Shown: positions 52,891 to 62,015, counted from the first letter of the stretch. The stretch is 64,000 nucleotides of DNA from an uncultured Actinomycetota bacterium (GCA_963803135.1 CAWDLH010000008.1:432281-496280); one strand, 5' to 3'. Notes: generated by a model from the letters alone, not told the origin. Program-made: numbers and translations.

Positions 52891-54059
52891 CTGAGCCGGT
52901 CCAGCGCGGCGCGGTCGAGCCCGACCTCGGCGGCGTCGGCGGCGCCGCAGTCGAGCGCCCGGACGACCACCGCGGCCAGCGCCCGGGCCGTGGCCGGCTC
53001 GTCGAGCACACCCTCGGTCCGCCGGTCCCGGTACGACCGGAGCCGGTCGAGGGCGGCCGGCAGCGCGTCCCGGAAGAAGCAGTAGGTGGCCAGGTAGCGA
53101 GTCGGCAGCTGGGCCGGGTGCAGGTCCCAGCCCTGGTAGAAGCCGGTACGCAGGGCCCGGGTGACCAGGCCCGCGTGCCGCCGCCAGGCCTCGTCCCGGC
53201 GCGGGCCGACCGGCAGCAGGTTGGACGAGCCGTCGACCGCGCGCACGCCGGTGCCCGCCGCCGCGACCTGCATCACCGCCTTGGCGTGGTCGGCGACCGG
53301 ATGGTCCGAGGCCTGGTACGCCGCCGCGACACCGAGCGCGGCGCTGTAGTCGTACGTGCCGTAGTGCAGGCCGCGGCAGCGCCCGGCGGCCGCATGCACC
53401 ATCGCGGCGACGGTCGCCGCGCCGTCCGGGCCGAGCACCGCCTGTGGCGTCTCGACCTGCAGCTCCAGCGCGAGCGGGAGGTCGTGGGCGTCCTCCAGCG
53501 CGGACAGCAGCCCGACCATCGCGCGCACCTGGTCGACGTCGGTGACCTTGGGCAGCGTGACCAGGATCTCGCGGTCGGTCCCGGCCAGCGGGCCGAGGAA
53601 CAGGTCGAGCGTCCGCACGCCGCGCCGCCGCGTCGCCGGCTCCAGCGACTTGGCCCGGATGCCGGCGAACGGTGGCGCGGTGCCCGCGTCGAGGTCGGTC
53701 CGCAGCGCCGCGGCCGCGGCGCGGACGTCGGCGTCCTCGTTGGCGCCGCGGTAGCCGTCCTCGGCGTCGACCCTGAGGTCCTCGACCGGCTCCCGCTCGA
53801 GCTTGGCCAGCACCCGCGGCAGGACCGCCGGGTCGAGACCGCAGATCGCGGCCAGGTCGACGCCGTCCACCGCGGCCAGCGCGGCGGCCCCCCACTCGGC
53901 GGCCAGCCCGGGACGGACCCGGTCGGCGGGCACGTAGACGGTGTGCACCGGCTGCCGCCCGGACGGCTCGCCCGGATACCGCGCCGCGCGGGCCGCGTCG
54001 GACGCGGCCAGCCGCCGGTCGAGGTCGGCGAGCACGGACTCGGGCAGCACGGCCGCCAT
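52887..54059 (-). CDS. CitE / HpcH-HpaI / malate-synthase-like TIM-barrel protein of unknown specificity (first gene of the allantoin operon)
   Basis: LRVDAEDGYR..., GIRAKS..., VTLPKV..., LELQVETPQAV parallel the DxED / LPKV / IET motifs of the citrate-lyase-beta fold. GGTGGAAG lies before ATG 54059. Confidence 0.75.
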   Translation of the reverse strand: MAAVLPESVLADLDRRLAASDAARAARYPGEPSGRQPVHTVYVPADRVRPGLAAEWGAAALAAVDGVDLAAICGLDPAVLPRVLAKLEREPVEDLRVDAEDGYRGANEDADVRAAAAALRTDLDAGTAPPFAGIRAKSLEPATRRRGVRTLDLFLGPLAGTDREILVTLPKVTDVDQVRAMVGLLSALEDAHDLPLALELQVETPQAVLGPDGAATVAAMVHAAAGRCRGLHYGTYDYSAALGVAAAYQASDHPVADHAKAVMQVAAAGTGVRAVDGSSNLLPVGPRRDEAWRRHAGLVTRALRTGFYQGWDLHPAQLPTRYLATYCFFRDALPAALDRLRSYRDRRTEGVLDEPATARALAAVVVRALDCGAADAAEVGLDRAALDRLR

Positions 54060-54074
54060 CCTTCCACCGCCCGC

Positions 54075-54367
54075 CGGCCACGCCGGCCACGCGGGCCAGG
54101 TCGGCCACGCGGGCCAGGTCGGCCACGCGGGCCAGGTCGGCCACGCGGGCCAGGTCGGCCACGCGGGCCAGGTCGGCCGCGCGGGCCAGGTCGGCCGCGC
54201 GGGCCAGGTCGGCCGCGCGGGCCAGGTCGGCCGCGCGGGCCAGGTCGGCCGCGCGGGCCAGGTCGGCCCGCGGGCCAGGTCGGCCGCGCGGGCCAGGTCG
54301 GCCGCGCGGGCCAGGTCGGCCACGGCGGGCCAGGTCGGCCGCGCGGGCCAGGTCGGCCGCGTCGGCC
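54075..54367. repeat. 18-bp tandem array GGGCCAGGTCGGCC[A/G]CGC, about 15 copies (one 17-bp and one 19-bp unit)
   Basis: Read directly. Occupies most of the 415-bp divergent region between the allantoin operon and the uraD-uraH-uricase operon. A-type units cluster on the left and G-type units on the right. Confidence 0.95.
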
Positions 54368-54474
54368 CCGGTCTGTCCTTCTGGCTGGTGGGGCGGTCCG
54401 GTCGGCGCGGGTGCGTGATCCGCCGGCCGTGGCGGCGCGGCACGGGTCCGGCGGGACCGGTAGCGTGCCGGGGC

Positions 54475-54978
54475 GTGGGGTTGACCCTGGCGGAGTTCAA
54501 CGGGCTGGCCGCCCAGGCGGCCGAGCGGGAGCTGGCCGCCTGCAACGCGGCGCCGCGGTTCGCCCGGGACGTCGTCGCCGGGCGGCCGTACCCGACCGCG
54601 GCCGCGCTGACCGGCACCGCCGCGACGGTGGCGGCCGGGCTGGGCTGGGACGAGGTCACGGTGGCGCTGGCCGCCCACCCGCGCATCGGGGAGCGGTCCG
54701 CGGGCGGCTCCGCGGAGGCGGCGTCCTCCCGGCGCGAGCAGTCCGCGGTCGCCGGGGCCGGCGACGAGCTGAAACGGGCGCTGGCCGACGGCAACCGCGC
54801 GTACGAGCGGAGGTTCGGGCACGTGTTTCTGATCCGGGCGGCCGGCCGCGGGCCGGACGAGATCCTGGCCGAGCTGACCCGCCGGCTCGGCAACGACCCG
54901 GTGGGCGAGCGGGCCGAGACGACCGCGCAGCTGGCCGAGATCACCCGGCTGCGGGTGGAGCGGCTGGTGGCCGGATGA
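54475..54978 (+). CDS. uraD: OHCU decarboxylase
   Basis: LAAHPRIGE, FGHVFLIRAAGR. GTG 54475. Confidence 0.88.
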   Translation: MGLTLAEFNGLAAQAAERELAACNAAPRFARDVVAGRPYPTAAALTGTAATVAAGLGWDEVTVALAAHPRIGERSAGGSAEAASSRREQSAVAGAGDELKRALADGNRAYERRFGHVFLIRAAGRGPDEILAELTRRLGNDPVGERAETTAQLAEITRLRVERLVAG

Positions 54979-55286
54979 GCGTCTCCACCCACGTGCTCGA
55001 CGCGACCACCGGCCGGCCGGCGGTCGGCGTCGCGGTGCGACTGTCCGATCTGCAGGGTGACCCGCTCGACGAGGGGCACACCGACTCCGACGGCCGCTGC
55101 GCGATCGCCCCGTACGACCTGGAGCCGGGCACATACGAGCTGACGTTCGACTCGGGCGGCTACTTCGCGGAGGTCACGTACTACCCGTCGGTCACGGTGA
55201 CGTTCTCCATCCGCGACGGCGCCGCCCACCACCACGTGCCGCTGCTGCTCTCGCCCTACTCCTACACGACATACCGGGGGTCCTAG
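54975..55286 (+). CDS. uraH: 5-hydroxyisourate hydrolase (transthyretin-like)
   Basis: STHVLDATTGRPA..., C-terminal YRGS signature. ATGA overlap with uraD. Confidence 0.92.
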   Translation: MSVSTHVLDATTGRPAVGVAVRLSDLQGDPLDEGHTDSDGRCAIAPYDLEPGTYELTFDSGGYFAEVTYYPSVTVTFSIRDGAAHHHVPLLLSPYSYTTYRGS

Positions 55287-55288
55287 GC

Positions 55289-56176
55289 ATGGGGATCGTG
55301 CTCGGGCCCAACCAGTACGGCAAGGCGGAGGTGCGGGTCGTCGCGGTCGACCGGTCCACGCCGCGGCACGCGCTCAAGGACCTCACCGTCTCCACCGCGC
55401 TGCGCGGCGACTTCGCGGCCGCGCACCTGGACGGCGACAACGCGCACGTGCTCGCCACCGACACGCAGAAGAACACCGTCTTCGCCTTCGCCCGGGACGG
55501 GATCGGCGAGATCGAGGACTTCGGCCTCCGGCTGGCGCGCCACTTCGCCGGCGCGTACCCGTGGATCGACGGGGCCAGGGTCGAGATCGCCGAGCACGGC
55601 TGGGACCGGATCCCGGTCGGCGGCCGGCCGCACGACCATGCCTTCACCCGGGCCGGGGACGAGGCGCGCACCGCGATCGTCACCGTCCACAAGGGACGGG
55701 AATGGATCCTCAGTGGACTGTCCGGTCTGGTCGTGCTGAAGACGACCGGGTCGGCGTTCGCGGGGTTCCCGCGGGACCGCTACACGACGCTGGCCGAGAC
55801 CGACGACCGGATCCTCGCCACCGCGGTGACGGCCCGCTGGCGGCACACCGAGCCGGTCGACTGGGCCGACAGCTTCGCCGGGATCAGGGCGGACCTGCTG
55901 GAGACGTTCGCGACGCTGCCGAGCGAGGCGCTGCAGCAGACGCTCTACCGCATGGGCGAGGCTGTCCTCAGTGGACGGCCGGAGCTGGCCGAGATCCGGC
56001 TGTCGATGCCCAACAAGCACCACTTCCGGCAAGACCTGAGCCCGTTCGGGCTGGACAACCCGAAGATCGTCTACCACGCCGACGACCGTCCGTACGGGCT
56101 GATCCAGGGCACCGTGCAGCGCGACGACGCCCCGCCCGCCGGCCCGGCCTGGGACGGGACGCCGCCGTACGGCTAG
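55289..56176 (+). CDS. uox: Urate oxidase (uricase)
   Basis: YGKAEVRVV..., ATDTQKNTVFAFARDG, VLKTTGSAFAGF. Two T-fold halves, 295 aa. Confidence 0.92.
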   Translation: MGIVLGPNQYGKAEVRVVAVDRSTPRHALKDLTVSTALRGDFAAAHLDGDNAHVLATDTQKNTVFAFARDGIGEIEDFGLRLARHFAGAYPWIDGARVEIAEHGWDRIPVGGRPHDHAFTRAGDEARTAIVTVHKGREWILSGLSGLVVLKTTGSAFAGFPRDRYTTLAETDDRILATAVTARWRHTEPVDWADSFAGIRADLLETFATLPSEALQQTLYRMGEAVLSGRPELAEIRLSMPNKHHFRQDLSPFGLDNPKIVYHADDRPYGLIQGTVQRDDAPPAGPAWDGTPPYG

Positions 56177-56891
56177 TTGTGGTCACGCCGGCGCACCAGT
56201 TCCCCACTGGCGTGGTGCTCGCGCCCGAGCGCCGCCGCGCGCTGCTCGACTGGGGCGTCCCGGTGGTCGAGGACGACTACGACGCCGAGCACCGCTACGA
56301 CCGGGCGCCGGTGCCGGCGCTGCACGCCGCCGCGCCGGACCGGGTCGCGCACGCCGGCCGGTGCCGGCGCTGCACGCCGCCGCGCCGGACCGGGTCGCGC
56401 ACGCCGGCAGCACCTCCAAGTCGCTCGCGCCGGGGCTGCGGCTGGGCTGGATGGTGCCGCCGCCGCGGCTGGGCGCCGCCGTGGTCGAGGCCAAGCACGC
56501 CAGCGACCTGGGCAGCCCCGCGGTGCCGCAGCTCGTGCTGGCCCACCTGCTGGCCACCGGCGAGTACGACCGGCACCTGCGGCTGGTCCGCACCCGGCAG
56601 CGCCGCCGCCGGGACGCGGTGCTGGCCGCGCTGCGGAAGCACCTGCCGCCCGCGCGGGTGACCGGGGTCGCGGCTGGGCTGCACCTGGTGGTGCTGCTGC
56701 CGGGCGGCACCGACGACGCGGGCGCGGCGGCGCGGATCCGGGCCGCCGGGCTCGGCGTCCAGCCGCTGTCGTACCACCGGATCGCGCCCGGGCCGCCGGG
56801 ACTCGTGCTGGGCCACGCGGCGCACCCGCCCGACCGGCTGCGGGAAGCCGTCCGCCGCATCGCCACCGCCGTCGATCCGGTGCTGCGGTAG
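56177..56891 (+). pseudogene. 5'-truncated, frameshifted remnant of a MocR/GntR-type (class I/II) PLP aminotransferase domain
   Basis: Begins mid-domain right after the uricase stop (VVVTPAHQFPTGVVL...VVEDDYDAEHRYD...). The PLP-Lys motif STSKSLAPGLRLGWMV follows only after a 50-bp tandem duplication that shifts the frame. There is no wHTH and no N-terminal half. Confidence 0.75.
56308..56407. repeat. Perfect 50-bp tandem duplication (2 copies)
   Basis: 56308-56357 equals 56358-56407 (CCGGTGCCGGCGCTGCACGCCGCCGCGCCGGACCGGGTCGCGCACGCCGG). Confidence 0.9.
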
Positions 56892-57019
56892 CCGTGGGAC
56901 GCGTCCACCATCGCCGCGTCGAACCACCGGCCGGCGGCGTGGGTGGTGTCCGGCAGTCCGGGGAGGGCCGGAGCCCGCGTCCGGGTCCCCGCCGGTGCCC
57001 TGAGGCGGGTCGCCCGCGG

Positions 57020-58123
57020 TCAGAGCCAGTCGTTGCGGCGGAACTGGACGTAGAGGCCGACGCAGGCCAGCGCGATGACGGCGAGGACGACGAAGTATCC
57101 GTACCGGGTGTGCAGCTCCGGCATGTTGTCGAAGTTCATCCCGTAGACGCCGGCGATCGCGGTCGGCACGAGCGCGATCGCGGCCCAGGCGCTGATCTTG
57201 CGGACGTCCTCGTTCTGCCGGGCGGCGGCCCGGTTCTGCCGGACCGCGACCCGGGCCAGGTCGGCCTGGAGCACGCCGGTGAGCAGGTTGTCGTAGCCCT
57301 CGATGCGGTCGCCGATCCGCAGCAGGTGGTCGTGCACGTCCCGGAAGTAGTCGGCGGTCTCCTGGTCGACGCCGGCGACCGCGCCGGCGGCCAGGTCCTC
57401 CACCGGCGGCGCCAGCGGCAGCACCGCGCTGCGGAACTGCAGCACCTCCCGCTTGAGCTTGTAGACCCGCTCGCTGTGGTCGCTGGGGTCGCCGCCGAAC
57501 ACCTGCACCTCGATGTCGCTGACGTCGACGTCGATCTCCCCGGCCACCTCGCCGTACCCGTCGACGACGATGTCGAGCAGCCGGTAGAGCACCGCCGACG
57601 GGCCGAGCCGGACCAGCGACGAGTCGCCGTCCAGCTCGGTGCGCACCCGGCTGACCACGTCGTTGTCCCCGTGCCGGACGGTGACGACGAACGTCGGGCC
57701 GAGGAACACCGCGACCTCGTCCACGTCGACGATCTCGTCGTGGTCGATGTAGCGGACCGGCTTGACCACGACGAACAGCACGTCGCCGTACCGCTCGAGC
57801 TTGGGTCGCTGGTGTGCCTTGACCGCGTCCTCGACGGCCAGCGGCGGCAGCTCGAACTCGCCCGCCACGGCGGCGATCTGCTCGCTGGTCGGCTCGACCA
57901 GGCCGAGCCAGACGAACCCGTCCCGGACCGTGCGGGCAGCCTGCCGCGCCTGCGACACCGTGAGCCGGCCGCCGCGCCGCTTCCCGCCGTCGTACGCGGC
58001 GCAGTCGGCGACGCTGTCGTCCACCTCGACCGGTGTGGGCGGGGCCGGCTCAGCCGGGCCTTCGGGTGCACGCGACAGCGCGCGCTCCAGCCGGCGGGCG
58101 GCGATCTTGCGTCCAGGCGGCAC
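57020..58123 (-). CDS. corA: CorA magnesium/cobalt transporter
   Basis: YGMNF (GMN motif), two C-terminal TM, cytoplasmic funnel domain. Confidence 0.92.
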   Translation of the reverse strand: MPPGRKIAARRLERALSRAPEGPAEPAPPTPVEVDDSVADCAAYDGGKRRGGRLTVSQARQAARTVRDGFVWLGLVEPTSEQIAAVAGEFELPPLAVEDAVKAHQRPKLERYGDVLFVVVKPVRYIDHDEIVDVDEVAVFLGPTFVVTVRHGDNDVVSRVRTELDGDSSLVRLGPSAVLYRLLDIVVDGYGEVAGEIDVDVSDIEVQVFGGDPSDHSERVYKLKREVLQFRSAVLPLAPPVEDLAAGAVAGVDQETADYFRDVHDHLLRIGDRIEGYDNLLTGVLQADLARVAVRQNRAAARQNEDVRKISAWAAIALVPTAIAGVYGMNFDNMPELHTRYGYFVVLAVIALACVGLYVQFRRNDWL

Positions 58124-58171
58124 GGCACCCTCCTCGGGTCAGCATGGCATGCGGACAGTAGGTTTCCCGCC

Positions 58172-58600
58172 GTGGACGGCAGCACCCCGCAGGGTCGGCA
58201 GCCGGGCCCCCGGCGCACGTCGTCCGGGCCCGGCCGGCTGCTCGTCCTCGTGTACGGGATCTTCGCGCTGTCCGCGACCGCGCGGGCGGCGGTTCAGATC
58301 GCCACGAAGTTCTCCGAGGCGCCGGTGGCGTACCTGCTCTCGGCGTTGGCCGCGGTCGTCTACCTCTGCGCGACCGTCGGGCTGGCCCGGTCCGGGCCGG
58401 CTGCGCGGCGGCTGGCGACGGTCGCCGTCACCGTGGAGCTGATCGGCGTGCTGGTGGTCGGCACGATCAGCCTGGTGCGGCCGGACGACTTCCCGGACGC
58501 CACGGTCTGGTCCGGGTACGGCGAGGGCTACGGGTTCGTGCCGCTCGTCCTACCCGTGCTGGGCCTGCTCTGGCTGCGGCACACACGGGAGCGGCCGTGA
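58172..58600 (+). CDS. Integral membrane protein (4 TM), hypothetical
   Basis: GTG 58172 in the frame of track ORF 56177..58600. Hydrophobic segments LLVLVYGIFAL, YLLSALAAVVYLCATV, VAVTVELIGVLVVGTI, FVPLVLPVLGLLWL. Confidence 0.6.
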   Translation: MDGSTPQGRQPGPRRTSSGPGRLLVLVYGIFALSATARAAVQIATKFSEAPVAYLLSALAAVVYLCATVGLARSGPAARRLATVAVTVELIGVLVVGTISLVRPDDFPDATVWSGYGEGYGFVPLVLPVLGLLWLRHTRERP

Positions 58601-58950
58601 TCGACGCAGTCGCGTACGTGGTGATCGGGATATCGCTCTGCGTGGGCCTCGCCATCATCGGGCTCGCGGTCGCCGATCGGCGCCCACTGACGCTGCTGGC
58701 GTACGGGCTGGTCGTGGCCGAGGTCGCCGCGCTCGTCCAGGTGATGGTCGCGGTCGTGCAGGCGGTCCGGGGCGAGCGGCCGCAGGAAGTGGCGACGTTC
58801 GTGGGGTACGCGCTGACGTCGGTCCTGGCGCCTCCGATCGGTGCAGTCTGGGCATTGTCGGACAAGTCGAGGTGGGGGACCGGGGCGGCCGGCGTCGCGG
58901 TGCTGGTGCTCGCGGTGCTGACGCTGCGGATGCAGCAGGTCTGGGGATAG
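58597..58950 (+). CDS. Integral membrane protein (4 TM), hypothetical
   Basis: GTGA overlap with the preceding gene. Four hydrophobic segments. Confidence 0.6.
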   Translation: MIDAVAYVVIGISLCVGLAIIGLAVADRRPLTLLAYGLVVAEVAALVQVMVAVVQAVRGERPQEVATFVGYALTSVLAPPIGAVWALSDKSRWGTGAAGVAVLVLAVLTLRMQQVWG

Positions 58951-59169
58951 CCGGGCCGGTTTCGGCATCTACGCAGCGGTACGACACGACTGCGCAACGT
59001 CGGATTGGGTACGGGTTACCCGTGATTCATCACAGAGCGTATCCGACCTGTGGGAAAGATGGGCGGGCGCGGGGACGGCTTGACCCCTATGGTGGACCCC
59101 GCCGGGAAGCCGGGCGGTCGACGAAGGGGGCCGGAGCGCCCCGACCGAGACCTTTTTCACGGGGGTGAC

Positions 59170-60648
59170 ATGACAGCCGACGCGCGGTCCGCGGTGTCCG
59201 CCGACGAGTCGCAGCAGTCCGTCGAGGACGCCGCGGAGCGCACTGCGGGTCCGCGGCCGTCCGGTGACGGGGACGCGGGCCGGTCCTTCTCGCACCTGCC
59301 GACCGGCAACGGCGCCACCCCCGGTCCGCCCATCGCGGACGGCGCCACCGACGCCGCCTCCGACGCGGCCGCCCAGCGCGACCAGGCTCCCGCCGACGAG
59401 CCCGACAGAGCCGCCGCCGACAGAGCCGCCGCCGACAGCGCCGACGCGGACGGCCGGGTCGGCGACGGGGACGGTGCGGTCGTGGAGGATCGTGCGGCCG
59501 CTGACGGCCGGGTCGAGTCCGGCGACGGCGGGGTCGTGGAGGATCGTGCGGCCGCTGACGGCCGGATCGGGTCCGGCGAGGGTGTGGTCGTGGACGAGCG
59601 CGCCGACGACGGGGACGGAATGGCCGTGGAGGATCGTGCGGCCGCTGACGGCCGGGCCGAGGCCGGAGACGCGACCGTGGACGACCGGCCCTCCGATCCG
59701 GACGGTCGCGCCGTCGACGGTGTGGCGCTGGAGGACCGGGCCGCCGCGGATGTCCGCGACCGGGCCGACCCGGACGGTCGCGCCGATGACGGTGTGGCGC
59801 TGGAGGACCCGGCCGCCGGGGATGCGCTCGACCGGGCCGACCCGGCCGGTCGCGCCGTCGACGGTGTGGCGCTGGAGGACCGGACCGACGGGGATGCGCT
59901 CGACCAGGCCGACCCGGCCGGTCGCGCCCTCGACGGTGTGGCCCTGGCGGACCCGACTGCCGCGGATGCGCTCGACCAGGCCGCCGCGGAAGCCGTCGAC
60001 CGGGCCGTCGTGGACGGCCGCGCCGATGACGAGGTCGACCGGGCCGCCGCGGACGGCCGGGTCGAGGCCGCGGACTCGACCGAGGTCGAGCCGGCCCTTG
60101 CCGGGGGCGTCGACCGGGACGACCCGGAGGGCCGTGTGGACGGTCCGGACGGCGCGGTCGAGCAGGCGCCGGCGGGAGCGGACGATCCGTGGATCCGCAG
60201 CGCCGGCGCGGACCGCGCCGAGGTCGTCGAGGACGAGGTCGTCGCGGCCGAGGTGGCCGAGCAGCTGGGGGCCGTGGTCGGCGAGGACTCCGACGCCGAC
60301 CCGGCCGAGTTCGCCGCCGCCGCCGTGCTCGACGTCCTGCGCGCGTCCGGCTGGGCCGATGCCGCGGAGGCCACCGAGCTGCGGGCCGAGGCGGCCCGGC
60401 TCCGCGAGCTGCTCGCCGAGGTGATCCGCGACCACCGCGCTCGCGAGGCCTCGATGGCCGGCTTCGAGCACCAGCAGCTGCACTGGCTGGTGCCGCTGCT
60501 GCGGGCCGCGCACGGGGTCGCCTTCGGCAGCCTCGGCGCCAAGGTCGCCCTCCGCACCGCGGTCCAGGACGTGCCACCGGAGGTCCTCGCCTCCGCCGGG
60601 CTCCGCATCGACTACGGCGTCCCCGCCGACCACGAGGACGACCGCTAG
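59170..60648 (+). CDS. Acidic Asp/Ala/Arg/Gly-rich repeat protein with a conserved helical C-terminal domain
   Basis: ATG 59170. Degenerate repeats of the type VEDRAAADGRV / DRADPAGRAVDGVALED across about 59400-60110. C-terminus ...FEHQQLHWLVPLLRAAHGVAFGSLGAKVALRTAV. Confidence 0.65.
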   Translation: MTADARSAVSADESQQSVEDAAERTAGPRPSGDGDAGRSFSHLPTGNGATPGPPIADGATDAASDAAAQRDQAPADEPDRAAADRAAADSADADGRVGDGDGAVVEDRAAADGRVESGDGGVVEDRAAADGRIGSGEGVVVDERADDGDGMAVEDRAAADGRAEAGDATVDDRPSDPDGRAVDGVALEDRAAADVRDRADPDGRADDGVALEDPAAGDALDRADPAGRAVDGVALEDRTDGDALDQADPAGRALDGVALADPTAADALDQAAAEAVDRAVVDGRADDEVDRAAADGRVEAADSTEVEPALAGGVDRDDPEGRVDGPDGAVEQAPAGADDPWIRSAGADRAEVVEDEVVAAEVAEQLGAVVGEDSDADPAEFAAAAVLDVLRASGWADAAEATELRAEAARLRELLAEVIRDHRAREASMAGFEHQQLHWLVPLLRAAHGVAFGSLGAKVALRTAVQDVPPEVLASAGLRIDYGVPADHEDDR

Positions 60649-60652
60649 CGAC

Positions 60653-61048
60653 TCAGATCCGGTTGGCGGGGAGGTTCTGCAAGCGGACCTGGCCGCGGGC
60701 CAGCGTCCGGCCCGACTCGTCGGTGATCTCGACCACCCACAGCTGCTGCAGCCGCCCGCGGTGGATCGGCGTGCCGGTCGCGGTGAGCCGGCCGTCCCGC
60801 GCCGGCCGCAGGAAGTCGGTCTGGTTGGCCACGCCGACCACCTGTCCCTCGCGGAACCACAGCGCCGCCGCGTAGCTCGCCACCGTCTCGATCACCGAGC
60901 AGTGCACCCCGCCGTGCACGATCCCGTACGGCTGGAGCATGTCCGGCCGGACGTCCCAGGCCGCGATGACCTTGTCGCCGCTGGCCTCCAGCATCTCCAG
61001 GCCCAACCACTGGACGAACGCGCCGGGGTCCGGCTGAGGGTCGCTCAC
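60653..61048 (-). CDS. PaaI/hotdog-fold thioesterase
   Basis: YGIVHGGVHCSVIETVASYAA..., GVANQTDFLRPA..., LWVVEITDESGRTLARGQVRL. Confidence 0.88.
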   Translation of the reverse strand: MSDPQPDPGAFVQWLGLEMLEASGDKVIAAWDVRPDMLQPYGIVHGGVHCSVIETVASYAAALWFREGQVVGVANQTDFLRPARDGRLTATGTPIHRGRLQQLWVVEITDESGRTLARGQVRLQNLPANRI

Positions 61049-61078
61049 CCGCCCGAGCCTAGGTCAACGGGTCCCGCC

Positions 61079-61960
61079 TCAGCGCGGCACCCGCACCGTG
61101 ATCGCCGCCGGCACCACCCGCACCGTGAACTTCCTCGCCTCATCCCGGGCGCCGCCGTCGAGCTCCACCGGCAGCGGCGCGTCGAGCTTCACCGAGATCT
61201 TCCGTCCGTGGGTCATCCGCACGTACGGCGACTTGTCCGACCGTCCGAACGTGAGCCGGCCGAGCGTGCGCGCCCACTGGAGCGCACCGGAGGCGGTCGT
61301 CACGCCCACCTCGAGCTCGCCGTCGGCCGGGTCGGCGTCGTCGAACGCCGGCACGCCGCCGACGATCCGCCCGACGTTGCCGAACAGCACGCAGCTCGCC
61401 GGGCCCGTATACCAGACCCGGCCGTCGACGGTGACCTCCGCGCCGACCCGGTGCCCGCGCAGCCCGCCCAGCCCGGACCGGACGTACGCGAGCCGGCCGA
61501 ACCGGTCCTTGGCCGTCCGATTCGCGCCGCCGACCAGCCTGGCGTCGAAGCCGGCGCCGGCCATCACCGCGAAGTGCTCCCCGTCGAGCGTGCCGAGGTC
61601 GAGCGCGTGGTTCTTGCCGTGCAGCGCGACCTGGACGGACTCCGCGAGCTTGCTCGGGATGCCCAGGTTGGAGGCGAGCAGGTTGGCCGTGCCGGCCGGC
61701 AGCAGGCCGATCGTGACGCCGGAGCCGGCCAGCGCGTCGACCGTGCGCTGCACCATCCCGTCGCCACCCCAGACGAGCACCAGCTCGGCCCCGGCCTCGA
61801 TCGCCTTGCGAGCCTGCTTCGGCGCCTTCTTGGACTTCTTCACCTCGTACCAGAGTGGGTCCGGAACGCCGGCCGCGTCGAGCGTCTCGCGCAGCGCGTC
61901 CAGTCCGGCGCCGTGCATCATCTTCTTGCGGTGAGCCAGCACCGCCACCTGGTCAGACAC
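61079..61960 (-). CDS. Diacylglycerol-kinase-family lipid kinase
   Basis: LVLVWGGDGMV (GGDG), LLPAGTANLLA, C-terminal beta-sandwich. Start placed at GTG 61960; the track ORF extends to 61993. Confidence 0.85.
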   Translation of the reverse strand: MSDQVAVLAHRKKMMHGAGLDALRETLDAAGVPDPLWYEVKKSKKAPKQARKAIEAGAELVLVWGGDGMVQRTVDALAGSGVTIGLLPAGTANLLASNLGIPSKLAESVQVALHGKNHALDLGTLDGEHFAVMAGAGFDARLVGGANRTAKDRFGRLAYVRSGLGGLRGHRVGAEVTVDGRVWYTGPASCVLFGNVGRIVGGVPAFDDADPADGELEVGVTTASGALQWARTLGRLTFGRSDKSPYVRMTHGRKISVKLDAPLPVELDGGARDEARKFTVRVVPAAITVRVPR

Positions 61961-62015
61961 ATCTGTCCGATACCCACACCGGTTCCCGATCACGCCCTCC
62001 GGCTACGGTGAGAGC

